Origin: Candidatus Sericytochromatia bacterium
GTDB lineage: Bacteria > Cyanobacteriota > Sericytochromatia > S15B-MN24 > JAQBPE01
Assembly (NCBI GenBank): GCA_035285125.1
Contig: JAYKHR010000048.1
Span: 128,765-192,764, forward strand
Reading direction: 5' to 3'
Length of the DNA: 64,000 nucleotides
Shown here in pieces: positions 1 through 10,053 of the stretch. The position numbers and the translations under genes were made by a program. The notes beneath the pieces were generated by a model that saw only the letters and a program-made list of their open reading frames with translations, made no database searches and was not told the DNA's origin. Each line of letters opens with the position of its first letter. Position 1 is the stretch's first letter.

Positions 1-2580
1 GGCCTCCGCGAACGACGGGACGGGCTCCCAGGCAGAGGCGCTTTCGGGAGGCTCCGGCCGCGCGATCCGCAAGGCCTCGGCCCGCTCGCGCCAGCCCAGA
101 AAGTCTGCACGCTCGGCGTCCGAGAGCGGGGCGAGCAGGACCCGCAGCAGCGACTCGGCCTCGGCCGCGAAGCTGGCCCGCGCGGAGGCCTCGACGCTGG
201 CTCGGGCCAGCCCGCCGAAGGCAAGGGCCCGCACCAGGGGACCCCCGACCAGCTCGGCCAGCCGCAACGCTTCCGCGAAGGCCACGAGCGCAGCGGCATC
301 GTCTGCCGAGGCGAGGTGGTGCTCCCCTCGACGCAGCGCGACCTCAGCCTCCCAGGCGGGCGCACCGAGCTCACCCACGAGCGCGGCAGCCTCGGCCAGC
401 CAGGCCAGGGCCCCAGCCCGATCGCCCCGGGCCCGGGCCAGGCCGGCCCGGACCAGGCAGCTGCGGACGCCCGTCGCCGGGGCCCGTCCCCCCTCGTCCC
501 GACCATCGCCGAGCTGCAACCACCGCTCCGCCAGCGCAGGCTCCCCGAGGCGCAGCGCGGCCTCAGCGCGCACCAGACGCCCCCAGGCCGGCACCAGGGT
601 GGGCGCTGCGACGGGCTCCGCGGCAAGCTCGCGGAACCGTCCCAGGTGCAGTGCCACCTCCAGCGCGACGCAACCCAGCCGGAGACCCCAGGCCTCGTCG
701 CCCAGCGCCTCGACCACCGCGGCGGCGGCCTCGATGCGCCCGAGCGGGTCTCCCGCAAGCCCCAACGCCAGCTGACAGACGGCGGCGAGGGCGCCACAGA
801 CTGCCTCCAGGTCTCCACCGAGGGGCAGGTCCTCGAGCCGCAGCAGGGCGCGCTGGTAGCTGCCGGCCCGCAGGAGCGCCCACACGTGCTCCAAGCTGGC
901 CGCAGAGGCCCCAAGGGCCTGATCAGCGAGGCCCCAGCGCTCGTGGCGGATGGCCCAGGCCCCCAGCACGCCGAGCATCCGGTCTGCCTCCTTGTCCTGG
1001 CCCAGCGCACGCAGGCGCTCGCAGCAGGCCAGGGCGTCTTCCCCGGCCTGCCGGGCGAACGAGACGTCCGGCGCCAGCCGCAGCCTCACCACGTCAGCCT
1101 CGATCAGGGCTTGCAGGCACACGCCATCCTCCCCCGCGGGAAGGGTGGCCGCGGCGGCCAACGCGTCGAGCCGCCTGCGCGCCTCCTCCGGCCGCCCGTC
1201 GGCCTCGTCGATCAGGGCCAGCTCACGCTCCTCGAGCAGGGCCACGCCCGGAACGGGGGAGCGCTGCACCAGGTGGGTCCGCCCCTCCTCCAGCCGACCG
1301 GCGAGCCGGGCGACGCGGGCGGCAAGCCAGGAAACCTCAGGCAGGCCGTCTGGCACCACGCTGACGGGGCGCCCCAGCGCGAGGCCGAGGACCGCAACGC
1401 CCATCCGCAACCGCTCCGTGCCGAGTTCGGCGAGGTCAGGCACGGCCAGGGCGTCGCACACCACGGCGAGCCAGGCCTCTGCCCCCCCGAGGGGCAGCAG
1501 CTCCCGCGCGGCCTGGAGGCCCAGGGGGACCGTCAGGCCCTCGACGCCGCCGGCGACGGCCGCTTGGAGGCGAAGCAGGGGGGGGCGAGCGGCCACGGCA
1601 GCGAGCCGCCGCTGCCAGCGCGTCATGTTCGGCGGCGAAAGGTCCGCCAGCACCGCATCCACCTCCGCCTCGGAGGTCAGCCCGAGGCCACCCGCCACCG
1701 GCAAGAGCCAACCACCGCCGAGGGCCCGCGCCAACATCTCGTCAAAGGCCTCCACAGGCATGTCCATGAGGTCGGCCAGTTCAGCCGGTAAAACCCAGCC
1801 CCCCACCATCGCCACGGCCCGCCCGAGCTCCCGCACGCCATCGTCCGGGCGCGGCGGCACGCCCCGCAGGCGCTGCGTCACCCACCGGCGCAGGGCCAGG
1901 CGGCCGGTGGAGGCCCCGATCCAGGCGTCGTCGACCTGGGAGCCCGAGCCGCCCCCGGCCATTCGCGTGGCCAGTTCGGCCGCCAGCGCCGGCGACCAGG
2001 GGCCCTCGTGCAGCACGCCGGCCGCCGGGACGCGCCCCTTCAGGCCCACGCCACCTAGCAGCAGGAGCAACGAGCCCCGGTGGCCAGCCGTCGAAACCCG
2101 CCGCAGCCACTCGAGGGTGAGCGGGTCACACCGGGCGGCGTCCGCGAGCCCGAGAACCAGAGGCCCCTCGGCCAGCGCAGCCGCCACGGCGGCGTCGAGG
2201 GCGGCGAACAGCCCCTCCTTCCCGTGGCCCCGCAGGTCGAACAGCAGGCCATCGACGGGCATCCCTGGCTCGGACGGGACGCGGCGCGCCCGCCCGAGCC
2301 AGGCCCGCAAGGGCTCGCCCCAGCTGAGCTCGCCACCAGCTCGCGCTCCCCACAGGGGGAGGCCACCGAGCCCCAGGGCCAGGGCCTCCATGAACTCCAG
2401 CTGGTGCAGCACGTCGGTCGGCGCCAGGTGCCAGCAGCGCAGACCACCTCCGCCGAGATCCTCCAGCAGGCTCGCGACAACCTTCTCGCGACCGAGCAGG
2501 GCCTCAGGCACCAGGCCAGGCTCGACGCCTTCGGTAGACGGCGGGGGCAAGACGGTGGGAGTCGGCTCAGCCTCTGGCAT
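1..2580 (-). CDS. Large Ala/Leu/Glu-rich protein, degenerate AAA/STAND-like N-terminus plus helical (TPR-like) repeats; runs off the left edge
   Basis: Not in the ORF track because it is open at the edge. ATG at 2580 (MPEAEPTPTVLPPP...LLGREKVVASLLEDL). The plus-strand ORF 950..2644 is its in-register antisense shadow. TAGAAG lies 7 nt before the ATG. Confidence 0.6.
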   Translation of the reverse strand, partial: MPEAEPTPTVLPPPSTEGVEPGLVPEALLGREKVVASLLEDLGGGGLRCWHLAPTDVLHQLEFMEALALGLGGLPLWGARAGGELSWGEPLRAWLGRARRVPSEPGMPVDGLLFDLRGHGKEGLFAALDAAVAAALAEGPLVLGLADAARCDPLTLEWLRRVSTAGHRGSLLLLLGGVGLKGRVPAAGVLHEGPWSPALAAELATRMAGGGSGSQVDDAWIGASTGRLALRRWVTQRLRGVPPRPDDGVRELGRAVAMVGGWVLPAELADLMDMPVEAFDEMLARALGGGWLLPVAGGLGLTSEAEVDAVLADLSPPNMTRWQRRLAAVAARPPLLRLQAAVAGGVEGLTVPLGLQAARELLPLGGAEAWLAVVCDALAVPDLAELGTERLRMGVAVLGLALGRPVSVVPDGLPEVSWLAARVARLAGRLEEGRTHLVQRSPVPGVALLEERELALIDEADGRPEEARRRLDALAAAATLPAGEDGVCLQALIEADVVRLRLAPDVSFARQAGEDALACCERLRALGQDKEADRMLGVLGAWAIRHERWGLADQALGASAASLEHVWALLRAGSYQRALLRLEDLPLGGDLEAVCGALAAVCQLALGLAGDPLGRIEAAAAVVEALGDEAWGLRLGCVALEVALHLGRFRELAAEPVAAPTLVPAWGRLVRAEAALRLGEPALAERWLQLGDGRDEGGRAPATGVRSCLVRAGLARARGDRAGALAWLAEAAALVGELGAPAWEAEVALRRGEHHLASADDAAALVAFAEALRLAELVGGPLVRALAFGGLARASVEASARASFAAEAESLLRVLLAPLSDAERADFLGWRERAEALRIARPEPPESASAWEPVPSFAEA

Positions 2581-2681
2581 GCCCCTCTTCTACCCGCCCG
2601 AGGCCGCCCCCCTCGCTCTCGCGGCGGCTTGCCTCGTGCGCTAGAATGCCCCCGGCCGGCCCTGAAGCCTTGGAGGTCCTG

Positions 2682-4007
2682 ATGGCACCCATCGACGTCG
2701 CCCTGCACGCCAACCGCCGTGAGCGTTTCATGGCCGCCATGGATGGCGGCGGAGCGCTGTTCCTCGCGGCCCCGCCCCGGATCCGCTCCCGCGACACCGA
2801 CCACCGGTACCGCCCCGACAGCGACTTCTTCTACCTGACAGGCTTCCGTGAGCCTGCCGCAGCCTTGCTGCTGCTGCCGGAGGGTGCCGAGCACCGCGTC
2901 GTGGCCTTCGTGCAGCCCAAGGATCCGCACATGGAGACGTGGCACGGCCGGCGCCTCGGGGTCGAGTCCGCCCCTGCCGCCCTGGGCGTCGACGCGGCCT
3001 ACGCCATCGAGGAGCTGGAGGCCGTGCTGCCCCGGTACCTGGCCGGCGTGAGCCGCCTCTATGCCCAGCTGGGAGTTTGGCGCGAGCACGACGATCTGGT
3101 GATGCGGCTGTTGCCTCGGCTGGGTAACCGCCACGTGATGCCCCCTGACGCCATCGTGTCGACCGGCGCCATCGTGCACGAGATGCGGCTGCGCAAGGAC
3201 GCCGCCGAGGTGGCGCTGATGCGCAAGGCCGCGGCCGTCACGGCGGAGGGCTACCGCGAGGCCGTTGCGGCCATCCGGCCGGGCGGGTGGGAGTACGAGG
3301 TGCACGCGGCCCTGGAGCACGCCTATCGCCGGCTGGGCGGGGGCGACTCCGCCTACAACGCCATCGTCGCCGCGGGCGAGAACGCCATCATCCTGCACTA
3401 CCACGACAACGACTGCGAGCTTCGCGCGGGTGAGCTGCTGCTCATCGACTCTGGCTCCGAGTACGGCCACTACGCCTGCGACGTGAGCCGCACGTACCCC
3501 ATCGGCGGCCGGTTCACGCCTGCCCAGCGGGCCGTCTACGACCTCGTCCTCAAGGCCCAGCGAGAGGCCATCGAGTGGGTCCGGGTCGGCGAGCACGTCA
3601 AGGGCTACCATGAGCACGCCGTGCGGGTGCTGACCGCTGGCATGGTCGAGCTCGGCTGGCTCCACGGCGACGTGGACCACCTCATCGCCACAGAGGCCTA
3701 CAAGCGCTTCTACATGCACGGCACCGGGCACTACCTCGGCCTCGACACCCACGACGTGGGCCGCTACAAGACAGTCGACGCCTGGCGCCCGATCGAGCCC
3801 GGCATGGTCTTCACCGTCGAGCCCGGCCTCTACGTGGCGCCCGGCAGCTCCGGCGTGGACCCGGCGTTCTGGGGCATCGGGGTGCGCATCGAGGACGACG
3901 TGCTCGTGCGCGAGGACGGCACACCTGAAAACCTCACGGCGGCGATCCCCAAGGATCCCGACGAACTCGAAGCGCTCCTGGGCGGCCGGGAGCTTCACAA
4001 AGCGTAA
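2682..4007 (+). CDS. pepP: Xaa-Pro aminopeptidase (M24B)
   Basis: YRPDSDFFYLTG N-domain, LLIDSG, CDVSRTYP, HGTGHYLGLDTHD, TVEPGLY and GVRIEDD motifs; GGAGG before ATG 2682. Confidence 0.93.
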   Translation: MAPIDVALHANRRERFMAAMDGGGALFLAAPPRIRSRDTDHRYRPDSDFFYLTGFREPAAALLLLPEGAEHRVVAFVQPKDPHMETWHGRRLGVESAPAALGVDAAYAIEELEAVLPRYLAGVSRLYAQLGVWREHDDLVMRLLPRLGNRHVMPPDAIVSTGAIVHEMRLRKDAAEVALMRKAAAVTAEGYREAVAAIRPGGWEYEVHAALEHAYRRLGGGDSAYNAIVAAGENAIILHYHDNDCELRAGELLLIDSGSEYGHYACDVSRTYPIGGRFTPAQRAVYDLVLKAQREAIEWVRVGEHVKGYHEHAVRVLTAGMVELGWLHGDVDHLIATEAYKRFYMHGTGHYLGLDTHDVGRYKTVDAWRPIEPGMVFTVEPGLYVAPGSSGVDPAFWGIGVRIEDDVLVREDGTPENLTAAIPKDPDELEALLGGRELHKA

Positions 4008-4137
4008 ACCACCGGCGGCCGGCAGCGCGGCCCGTCTTCGGCCGGCCAGGCAGGGGACGGACCGTCGCCCGTCCGGCGCCACCGGGGACGCCCACGGGTA
4101 TGCGGGAAGGGCCCCCCCGTACCTGGACCCCCCGCGC

Positions 4138-5121
4138 GTGACCCGTCGAGACTTCCTGATCCGGGCAGGGGCCAGCGCCCTGGCCCTGGCCTGCCCCCCA
4201 GGTCTGGCGGCCTCGCCGCCCGCGTTGGCCGGGCGCCGTGTGGTGCGGTTCGCCCACCTGACAGACCTCCACTTCACGAGCCGGATCCAGGCGCGCTACC
4301 CGACCAGCCATCGGCACATCCGCCACGCCGTGGCCGACCTCAACCGGGCTGGCCTGGACTTCGTGCTGATCACCGGCGACATGCTTCACTTCGCAGCGGA
4401 CGTCGGCGTGGAGGTGGAGGCCCTCCGCGACGCCCTCGCGGGCCTGGCCCCCCCGTGCTACGCGGCGTTCGGAAACCATGACGCCGAGGGCGCGGCGCTG
4501 CGGGCCCGCAAGCGCTTCATGATGCGGCACCTCGGTGACCGGGGCCTCGCTGCGGGGGAGGCGTGGTACGACTTCTCCCCCGTGCCGGGCATCCGCGTCG
4601 TGGTGCTGGACACGACGGACGTGGGTGCCGACCGGTACGAGGGCTGGGCCGGCACCCTCGGAGAGCGGCAGCGCCGGTGGCTCACGGAGGTCCTCGGGCG
4701 CCACCGGGACGAGACCCTGATCGTGGCGATGCACCACCCGCCCGTGACCCCTTACCCCGTCCTCGAGCGCATGCGGCTCGGGGCAGGCGACGCCCACTGG
4801 CTGCGCGGCACGCTCGATGCCCACCCCGGGGCGCCCCTCGTGCTCGCCGGACACTACCACTTCGGCGGCCAGGAAGCCTTCGGCCAATCCCGCGTGCTGC
4901 TGGGCCCTTCGCTCGTGGAGCACCCCCATCCGTACCGCATCATCGAGGTCTGGCAAGCCCCGGCTGGGCCCCCCGTGGTTGGGTTCACCTGGCACAGCCT
5001 CGACCTGCATGGCGACGAGGAGGCCCCCTGCGCAACGGGCCCGGCCGGGTGGCGGGCCTACGGCCTGATGCGCCTGAGCTACGGCCGGGCAGGCGCGTTG
5101 GCCCTGGGGCCGCCGGGATGA
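4138..5121 (+). CDS. Tat-exported calcineurin-like metallophosphoesterase (CpdA/Icc-like)
   Basis: TRRDFL twin-arginine signal; HLTDLH, ITGD, FGNHD, MHH and AGHYH motifs. Confidence 0.85.
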   Translation: MTRRDFLIRAGASALALACPPGLAASPPALAGRRVVRFAHLTDLHFTSRIQARYPTSHRHIRHAVADLNRAGLDFVLITGDMLHFAADVGVEVEALRDALAGLAPPCYAAFGNHDAEGAALRARKRFMMRHLGDRGLAAGEAWYDFSPVPGIRVVVLDTTDVGADRYEGWAGTLGERQRRWLTEVLGRHRDETLIVAMHHPPVTPYPVLERMRLGAGDAHWLRGTLDAHPGAPLVLAGHYHFGGQEAFGQSRVLLGPSLVEHPHPYRIIEVWQAPAGPPVVGFTWHSLDLHGDEEAPCATGPAGWRAYGLMRLSYGRAGALALGPPG

Positions 5122-5189
5122 AGGCGGGCACCGCCCTGCCGGGTAAGATGCCGACGAGCCCCCCGCCGTGCCACCCAGGAGCGCGCCGC

Positions 5190-6656
5190 GTGTCCGAGCA
5201 CCAGTTGATCGTCCAGGCCCCGGTGCACCGCGTGTACGCCTGGTGGACGCGCCCCGAACACCTGTCCCAGGTGTTTCCGGGCCTGCTCGCCGTGGAGGCG
5301 GACGCCGGCGGCCGGCTCCGGTGGCAGTTCCAGGAGGAGGCTGCGCCGTGGGTGGCCACGCTCGTGGCCGAGCTGCCCCAGCGGGAGCTGGCCTGGGAAG
5401 GCCTCGAGCCGCACGAGGCGAGGCTGAGTATCGAGTTCGAGGCGCTGAGCCAGGGGCGCACGCGCCTGGCGATCGCCCTCACGGGTGACGAGGCGGGCGG
5501 CCCGTCAGCCCTGCGTCGAGCCCTGCCCAACGCCCTGCGCCTGTTCGACCAGGCGATCGTTCAGACCGGCATCGTGGCCGCGCAGGAAGACGAGGGCGCC
5601 TACAGGCCCATCTTCTTCAAGGGCGTGGCAGCCACGGCCGGAGCCCTGCTGGTGATGGCGCTGGCCTGGAGCCTGGTGACGCTGATCGAGGTGTGGGTGA
5701 TCGTGCTCGGGGCCCTGCTGGTGGCGGCAGCCCTCGGGCCCGTGGTCGACCAGCTTATGCGCTGGCGCGTGCCGCGGGCGGCGGCCGTGGGCGTGACCTT
5801 CCTGGGCGTGTCGGCGACGGCCACGGTGCTCCTGGCGGTGCTCGTGCCCCAGGTGATGGCCCAGGGCCAGGACCTGGGCGCCAGCTTGCCGGGCTACGTC
5901 GACCACCTCCAAAACCAGCTCACGGCGTTGCACCGCAAGCATCCGGCGGTGCCTGAGGGCAGCCGGCTCTTCGGCTACGTGGCCGAGACGGGCTCGCAGG
6001 TGCTGACCAACGCCTTCGGCATCACGGGAAAGTTTGTCTGGCTCACCATCGTCTTCTTGTCGATCCTGTTCCTGGCGTTTTTCATGCTGCTCGACGGCCG
6101 GCTGCTCCAAGACGCCGTGGTGCGCCTGATCCCGATGCGCAAGCGCAGCCAGTTCCCCGCCCTGCTGCGGCTCGTCGAGCGGCGCGTGGGCGGCTACATG
6201 GCCGGGCTCGGCATCATCTGTGTGGTGGCCGGGGTGCTCACCTGGGCCTGCCTTGCGCTGCTGGGCCTCCCCTACGCGCTGCTGGTGGGGGCCGTGACGG
6301 CGCTCCTGCAGGCCATCCCGTTCGTCGGCCCCCTGGCCGGTGGCGCCCTCGCGGGCCTCATCGGCCTGTCGATCTCAGGCAAACTCGCCCTGTACGCCCT
6401 GCTGGTCTACACAGCCATTCAGCAACTCATCGGCCAGATCCTCTTCCCCTGGATCATGGGGCGGACCATCGGGATGCACCCGGCCTGGGTGGCGGTGGTG
6501 CTGCTCGTGGGGGGCACGATGTACGGCCTGACAGGCGCGTTCCTGGCCATCCCCGTGGCGATCGCCGTGTCCATCGTGCTGGAGTGTTACTACTTGCCTT
6601 GGGCCGAAGCACAGTTTGCCGAGGAGGCCGCGGCCATCCGCCCCGAGCAGGCCTGA
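5190..6656 (+). CDS. SRPBCC/START domain fused to an AI-2E (PerM) family transporter
   Basis: N-terminal IVQAPVHRVYAWW...ELAW SRPBCC pattern; C-terminal multi-TM region with QAIPFVG and GRTIGMHPAWV; AGGAG before GTG 5190. Confidence 0.8.
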   Translation: MSEHQLIVQAPVHRVYAWWTRPEHLSQVFPGLLAVEADAGGRLRWQFQEEAAPWVATLVAELPQRELAWEGLEPHEARLSIEFEALSQGRTRLAIALTGDEAGGPSALRRALPNALRLFDQAIVQTGIVAAQEDEGAYRPIFFKGVAATAGALLVMALAWSLVTLIEVWVIVLGALLVAAALGPVVDQLMRWRVPRAAAVGVTFLGVSATATVLLAVLVPQVMAQGQDLGASLPGYVDHLQNQLTALHRKHPAVPEGSRLFGYVAETGSQVLTNAFGITGKFVWLTIVFLSILFLAFFMLLDGRLLQDAVVRLIPMRKRSQFPALLRLVERRVGGYMAGLGIICVVAGVLTWACLALLGLPYALLVGAVTALLQAIPFVGPLAGGALAGLIGLSISGKLALYALLVYTAIQQLIGQILFPWIMGRTIGMHPAWVAVVLLVGGTMYGLTGAFLAIPVAIAVSIVLECYYLPWAEAQFAEEAAAIRPEQA

Positions 6657-6660
6657 ACCC

Positions 6661-9000
6661 TCAGGGCGCCACGCCGGCCGGCTGCTTCTCGTCTGCGTCG
6701 GCCGGTGCTGGCAGCATGTTCGGCCACCAGTTCCACCGCCCCACGATCGCCATGAAGCTGGGAACCAGCATCACGCGAATGATCAGGGCATCGAGCACGA
6801 TCGCCACGGCGAGCCCGAACCCCAGCATCTTCGTCAGCACGACGGAGGCCGCCACGAAGGCGCCGAACACCAGCAGCATGATCCACGCCGCGTTGGTAAT
6901 GATGCCGCCGGTGGCAGCCAGGCCAGCGGCCACGGCGCGGTCGTTGTCACCGTCGATCATGTACTCCTCCTGGATGCGGCTGAGGAGGAAGACCTCGTAG
7001 TCCATCGAGAGCCCGAACACCAGACAGAAGATGATGATGGGGATGGGCACAAGGATGTTGCCGGGCGGGTCCGGGTAGCCGACCAGCTGGCTCAGGAACC
7101 CGTGCTGGAAGACAAGCACCAGCGCGCCGAAGCTGGCAGCCGTCGAGAGGGCATTCATGGCCAGGGCCTTGAGGGGAATCACCACGGAGCGGAAGGACCA
7201 GGCCAACAGCGCGAAGGTGACGCCGAAGACGACGGCGACCACTGGGCCGAGGTTCGACAAGATGGCGTGCTCGAAATCGTTGTTCACGGCGGCAGGCCCG
7301 CCCACGGCGACCTCGAAGGCGTCGAACCCAGGGGTCTTGGACCAGTCGCGTTCCTCCAGGCCCCGCACAAAAGCCTTGATGTCGCCATACTTGGCATCCG
7401 TCCGCGGCACGAACTGGATGACGGTGGCCGAGGCATCCTGGCTGAGCATCAGCGAGACGCTTTCAGGAAAGCGTTCCCGAAGCCTGCGCACGTCACCCTG
7501 GTACATCAGCTGGCTCATCATCAGCAGCCGCCCGGCGTAGGCGACGATCGAGCGCACCTCCTTGAGCACGGGCTCCTGCTGGACCTCCCGCACCAGTCCG
7601 CCGAGGGCCTGCAACGACCTGGCGTCCGTGATGGGCTTCCGGTCCTTGCGCCGCACCATCAGGTGGATGGGGTACACCTCGCCGGCCTGCCCGATCGCCT
7701 CCATGGCCCGCAACCCCTGTCCTGAGTCCATATCGGCGGGCAGGAACTTGGAGTCGAACTGGCCGAACACCACCGTGAAGGCCGGAGCGGCCAGCAGCAG
7801 CATCAGCGCCGTGCCGACGAGCAAGAACCGCACCGGGTGCTGCATCACCAGCCGGGCCCAGCGGAGCCAGAGCTCGCGGTGGTCGAGGTAAGCAGCCACC
7901 CAGCGCGAGAAGCCACGGGGCCAGTCCACCCGGGGCCCGAGCCACCCGAGCAGGGCGGGCACGAGCGTCAGCGAGAGCGTCACGGCCGTGAGGACCGTCA
8001 GCGAGCCAGCTGTCGCAAGTGACGTGGTGTCGATCAGGCGGGGGATGAACAGGGCCAGGAAGCCAATCATCACCGTCAGGCCGGAGTAGAGCACCGCCAA
8101 GCCGGAGGTCGCCACCGTCTCGGCCACGGCCTCCGCCACGGGATCATCCGCCGCACCATGCTTCTCGAGGGCCTCGCGGAAGCGCGTGACCATCAGCAAC
8201 GCGTAATCGATGCCGATGCCCAGCCCGATCATCGCCGTGATGTTCTGGGCCAGGGACGACAGGTTCATGTGCTGCCCGACCAGATACAGCAACCCGAGCG
8301 TCGTCACGGAGGCAAGCACCCCAAGCAGCACCGGGATTCCAGCCGCAGCCACCGCGCCGAAGGCGAACATCAGAAAGGCCAGCGCGATCGGCAGGATGCG
8401 GCGCTCGGCCGTGGCGGTGTCCTTGCCGATCATCCGCGTGGCGTCATAGCCCAGGACGATCTCTCCCGTCAGGTGCGCCTCGAGGCCCGGCACGGTCGCG
8501 CGGTGGCGGGCGACGGCCGCCTGCAGCATACCCCGCACCATCGGAACGCGCTGCTCGGCGCCCAGGATGCTCTTGGCGTCGATGCCGACGACGATGAACG
8601 TGCTGCGACCGTCAGCGCTCTTGAAGCGCTCGTCCTGGCCGTCCAGCCAGCTGCGGGTCCGGGTGACGAAAGGCCGCCCGTTCAACTCGCCTTGCAGGTC
8701 GCGGAGCAGCGCCGCATAGGCGTCGTCACCCACGTCGGACGCGGTGCTGGCCAGCGTCACGATGAAGGGATACCGGTAGGGGCTCGCGAAATCGGTCTCG
8801 AGCCAGGCCTGGGCGCGGGCTGAGCTGCTGTTGGGGATGCCGGAGGCGCTGCCCCTCAGCACGTCAGGCGCTCGCACCGCGCCGAAGGAGGCCAGCAGCA
8901 CCACGACAAGCCAGGTGACGATGACGGCCGTGCGGTGGCGATGGATCCAGGCACCGAAGCGATGGAATCGCTCCGCCGTGGCGTTCGTTCCCAGGTTCAA
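6661..9000 (-). CDS. MMPL family RND-type transporter
   Basis: GLGIGIDYALLMVTRFREAL and FGLSMDYEVFLLSRIQEEY motifs; two TM halves. Confidence 0.92.
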   Translation of the reverse strand: MNLGTNATAERFHRFGAWIHRHRTAVIVTWLVVVLLASFGAVRAPDVLRGSASGIPNSSSARAQAWLETDFASPYRYPFIVTLASTASDVGDDAYAALLRDLQGELNGRPFVTRTRSWLDGQDERFKSADGRSTFIVVGIDAKSILGAEQRVPMVRGMLQAAVARHRATVPGLEAHLTGEIVLGYDATRMIGKDTATAERRILPIALAFLMFAFGAVAAAGIPVLLGVLASVTTLGLLYLVGQHMNLSSLAQNITAMIGLGIGIDYALLMVTRFREALEKHGAADDPVAEAVAETVATSGLAVLYSGLTVMIGFLALFIPRLIDTTSLATAGSLTVLTAVTLSLTLVPALLGWLGPRVDWPRGFSRWVAAYLDHRELWLRWARLVMQHPVRFLLVGTALMLLLAAPAFTVVFGQFDSKFLPADMDSGQGLRAMEAIGQAGEVYPIHLMVRRKDRKPITDARSLQALGGLVREVQQEPVLKEVRSIVAYAGRLLMMSQLMYQGDVRRLRERFPESVSLMLSQDASATVIQFVPRTDAKYGDIKAFVRGLEERDWSKTPGFDAFEVAVGGPAAVNNDFEHAILSNLGPVVAVVFGVTFALLAWSFRSVVIPLKALAMNALSTAASFGALVLVFQHGFLSQLVGYPDPPGNILVPIPIIIFCLVFGLSMDYEVFLLSRIQEEYMIDGDNDRAVAAGLAATGGIITNAAWIMLLVFGAFVAASVVLTKMLGFGLAVAIVLDALIIRVMLVPSFMAIVGRWNWWPNMLPAPADADEKQPAGVAP

Positions 9001-9067
9001 GGCAGGCCTCCGCGCCGCCCGCAGGGGCGGACGCCTATCTTACCACAGCTGGCAACCGCAACGCCGC

Positions 9068-9844
9068 TCAGCTGTTGCCGTTGGCGGTCTGACCGAGCAC
9101 CCGCCGCACGTACGCCTGGGTCTCGGGGAAGGGTGGCACGCCCCCGTAGCGAGCCACGGATCCTGGGCCCGCGTTGTACGCAGCCACGGCCCGCGTCAGG
9201 TCGCCGTCGAACGTGGCGATCATCCGGGCCAGGTACCTGACGCCTCCGTCCAGGTTCTGGCGGCCGTCGTACGGGGCCTCGACGCCGAGCTCGGCCGCCG
9301 TGCCGGGCATCAGCTGCATCAGGCCCATGGCCCCAGAGGGGCTCGTGGCCTGCGCATTGCCGCCCGACTCCTGCTGCACGACGTTGGCCACCAGCCAGGC
9401 AGGCACGCCGTGGCGGGCGGCCGCCTCGGCGATCGCCGAGCGCCATGGGGCGAGCTCGCGGGTCTCCAGCGCGCTCGCCGCGGCCGTCGGCGCGGGCAGG
9501 CCCCCCAGGGCGTCGGCTCCCACCCCCCACATCGCGGGGGCTGCCGGGCTGGGCACCGGCGCCGAGGACGCGGCGAGGGCCTCCACGGGAGCCGCAGGCA
9601 GCCCCGCCACCCCCACGGGGCCGGCCGCCCCGGCGGCCGCCACGGGCAGCCCCCCACGCCCCGCAGCTGGCTGCAGCGCCGCGTGTAGCGCGGCCTCAAA
9701 GCTGTTCTCCAGGGCCTGCTCGACGGCCCCGAAGGCCGCCTGCACCTGCCCGGTGCGGGAGGCCGCCCGCAGCAGCGCATCGGCCTGCCGGGTGAAAAGG
9801 GCAGGCTGCCGGAGGGCGTCGCCCAGGGGGAGTTGGTGTGACAT
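9068..9844 (-). CDS. Lytic transglycosylase (SLT domain)
   Basis: QQESGG, GAMGLMQLMPGTA, AAYNAGPG and PPFPETQAYV motifs. Confidence 0.92.
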   Translation of the reverse strand: MSHQLPLGDALRQPALFTRQADALLRAASRTGQVQAAFGAVEQALENSFEAALHAALQPAAGRGGLPVAAAGAAGPVGVAGLPAAPVEALAASSAPVPSPAAPAMWGVGADALGGLPAPTAAASALETRELAPWRSAIAEAAARHGVPAWLVANVVQQESGGNAQATSPSGAMGLMQLMPGTAAELGVEAPYDGRQNLDGGVRYLARMIATFDGDLTRAVAAYNAGPGSVARYGGVPPFPETQAYVRRVLGQTANGNS

Positions 9845-10053
9845 AACAACATCCTCTCAACCCCCAGCTTACACCACAGCGTTGGTGATCACACGGGTGA
9901 CGCCCCCGCTCGGTGTCGCAGCCCCGCAGCCCCCCCCCTCAGCGCGCAGAGGCACGAGAGGGACCTCGCACCGGAGAGTACGCCCGACGCGCTGCCCAGC
10001 GCGACCCTCGGCGGAGAGCGACCAGGGCCGTTCCAACCTGAGAGGCCAGCCCG

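Noticed and set aside
316..4277. ORFs 316..1791, 950..2644 and 2055..4277
   Set aside because: Shadow or alternate frames of the minus-strand edge gene and pepP.
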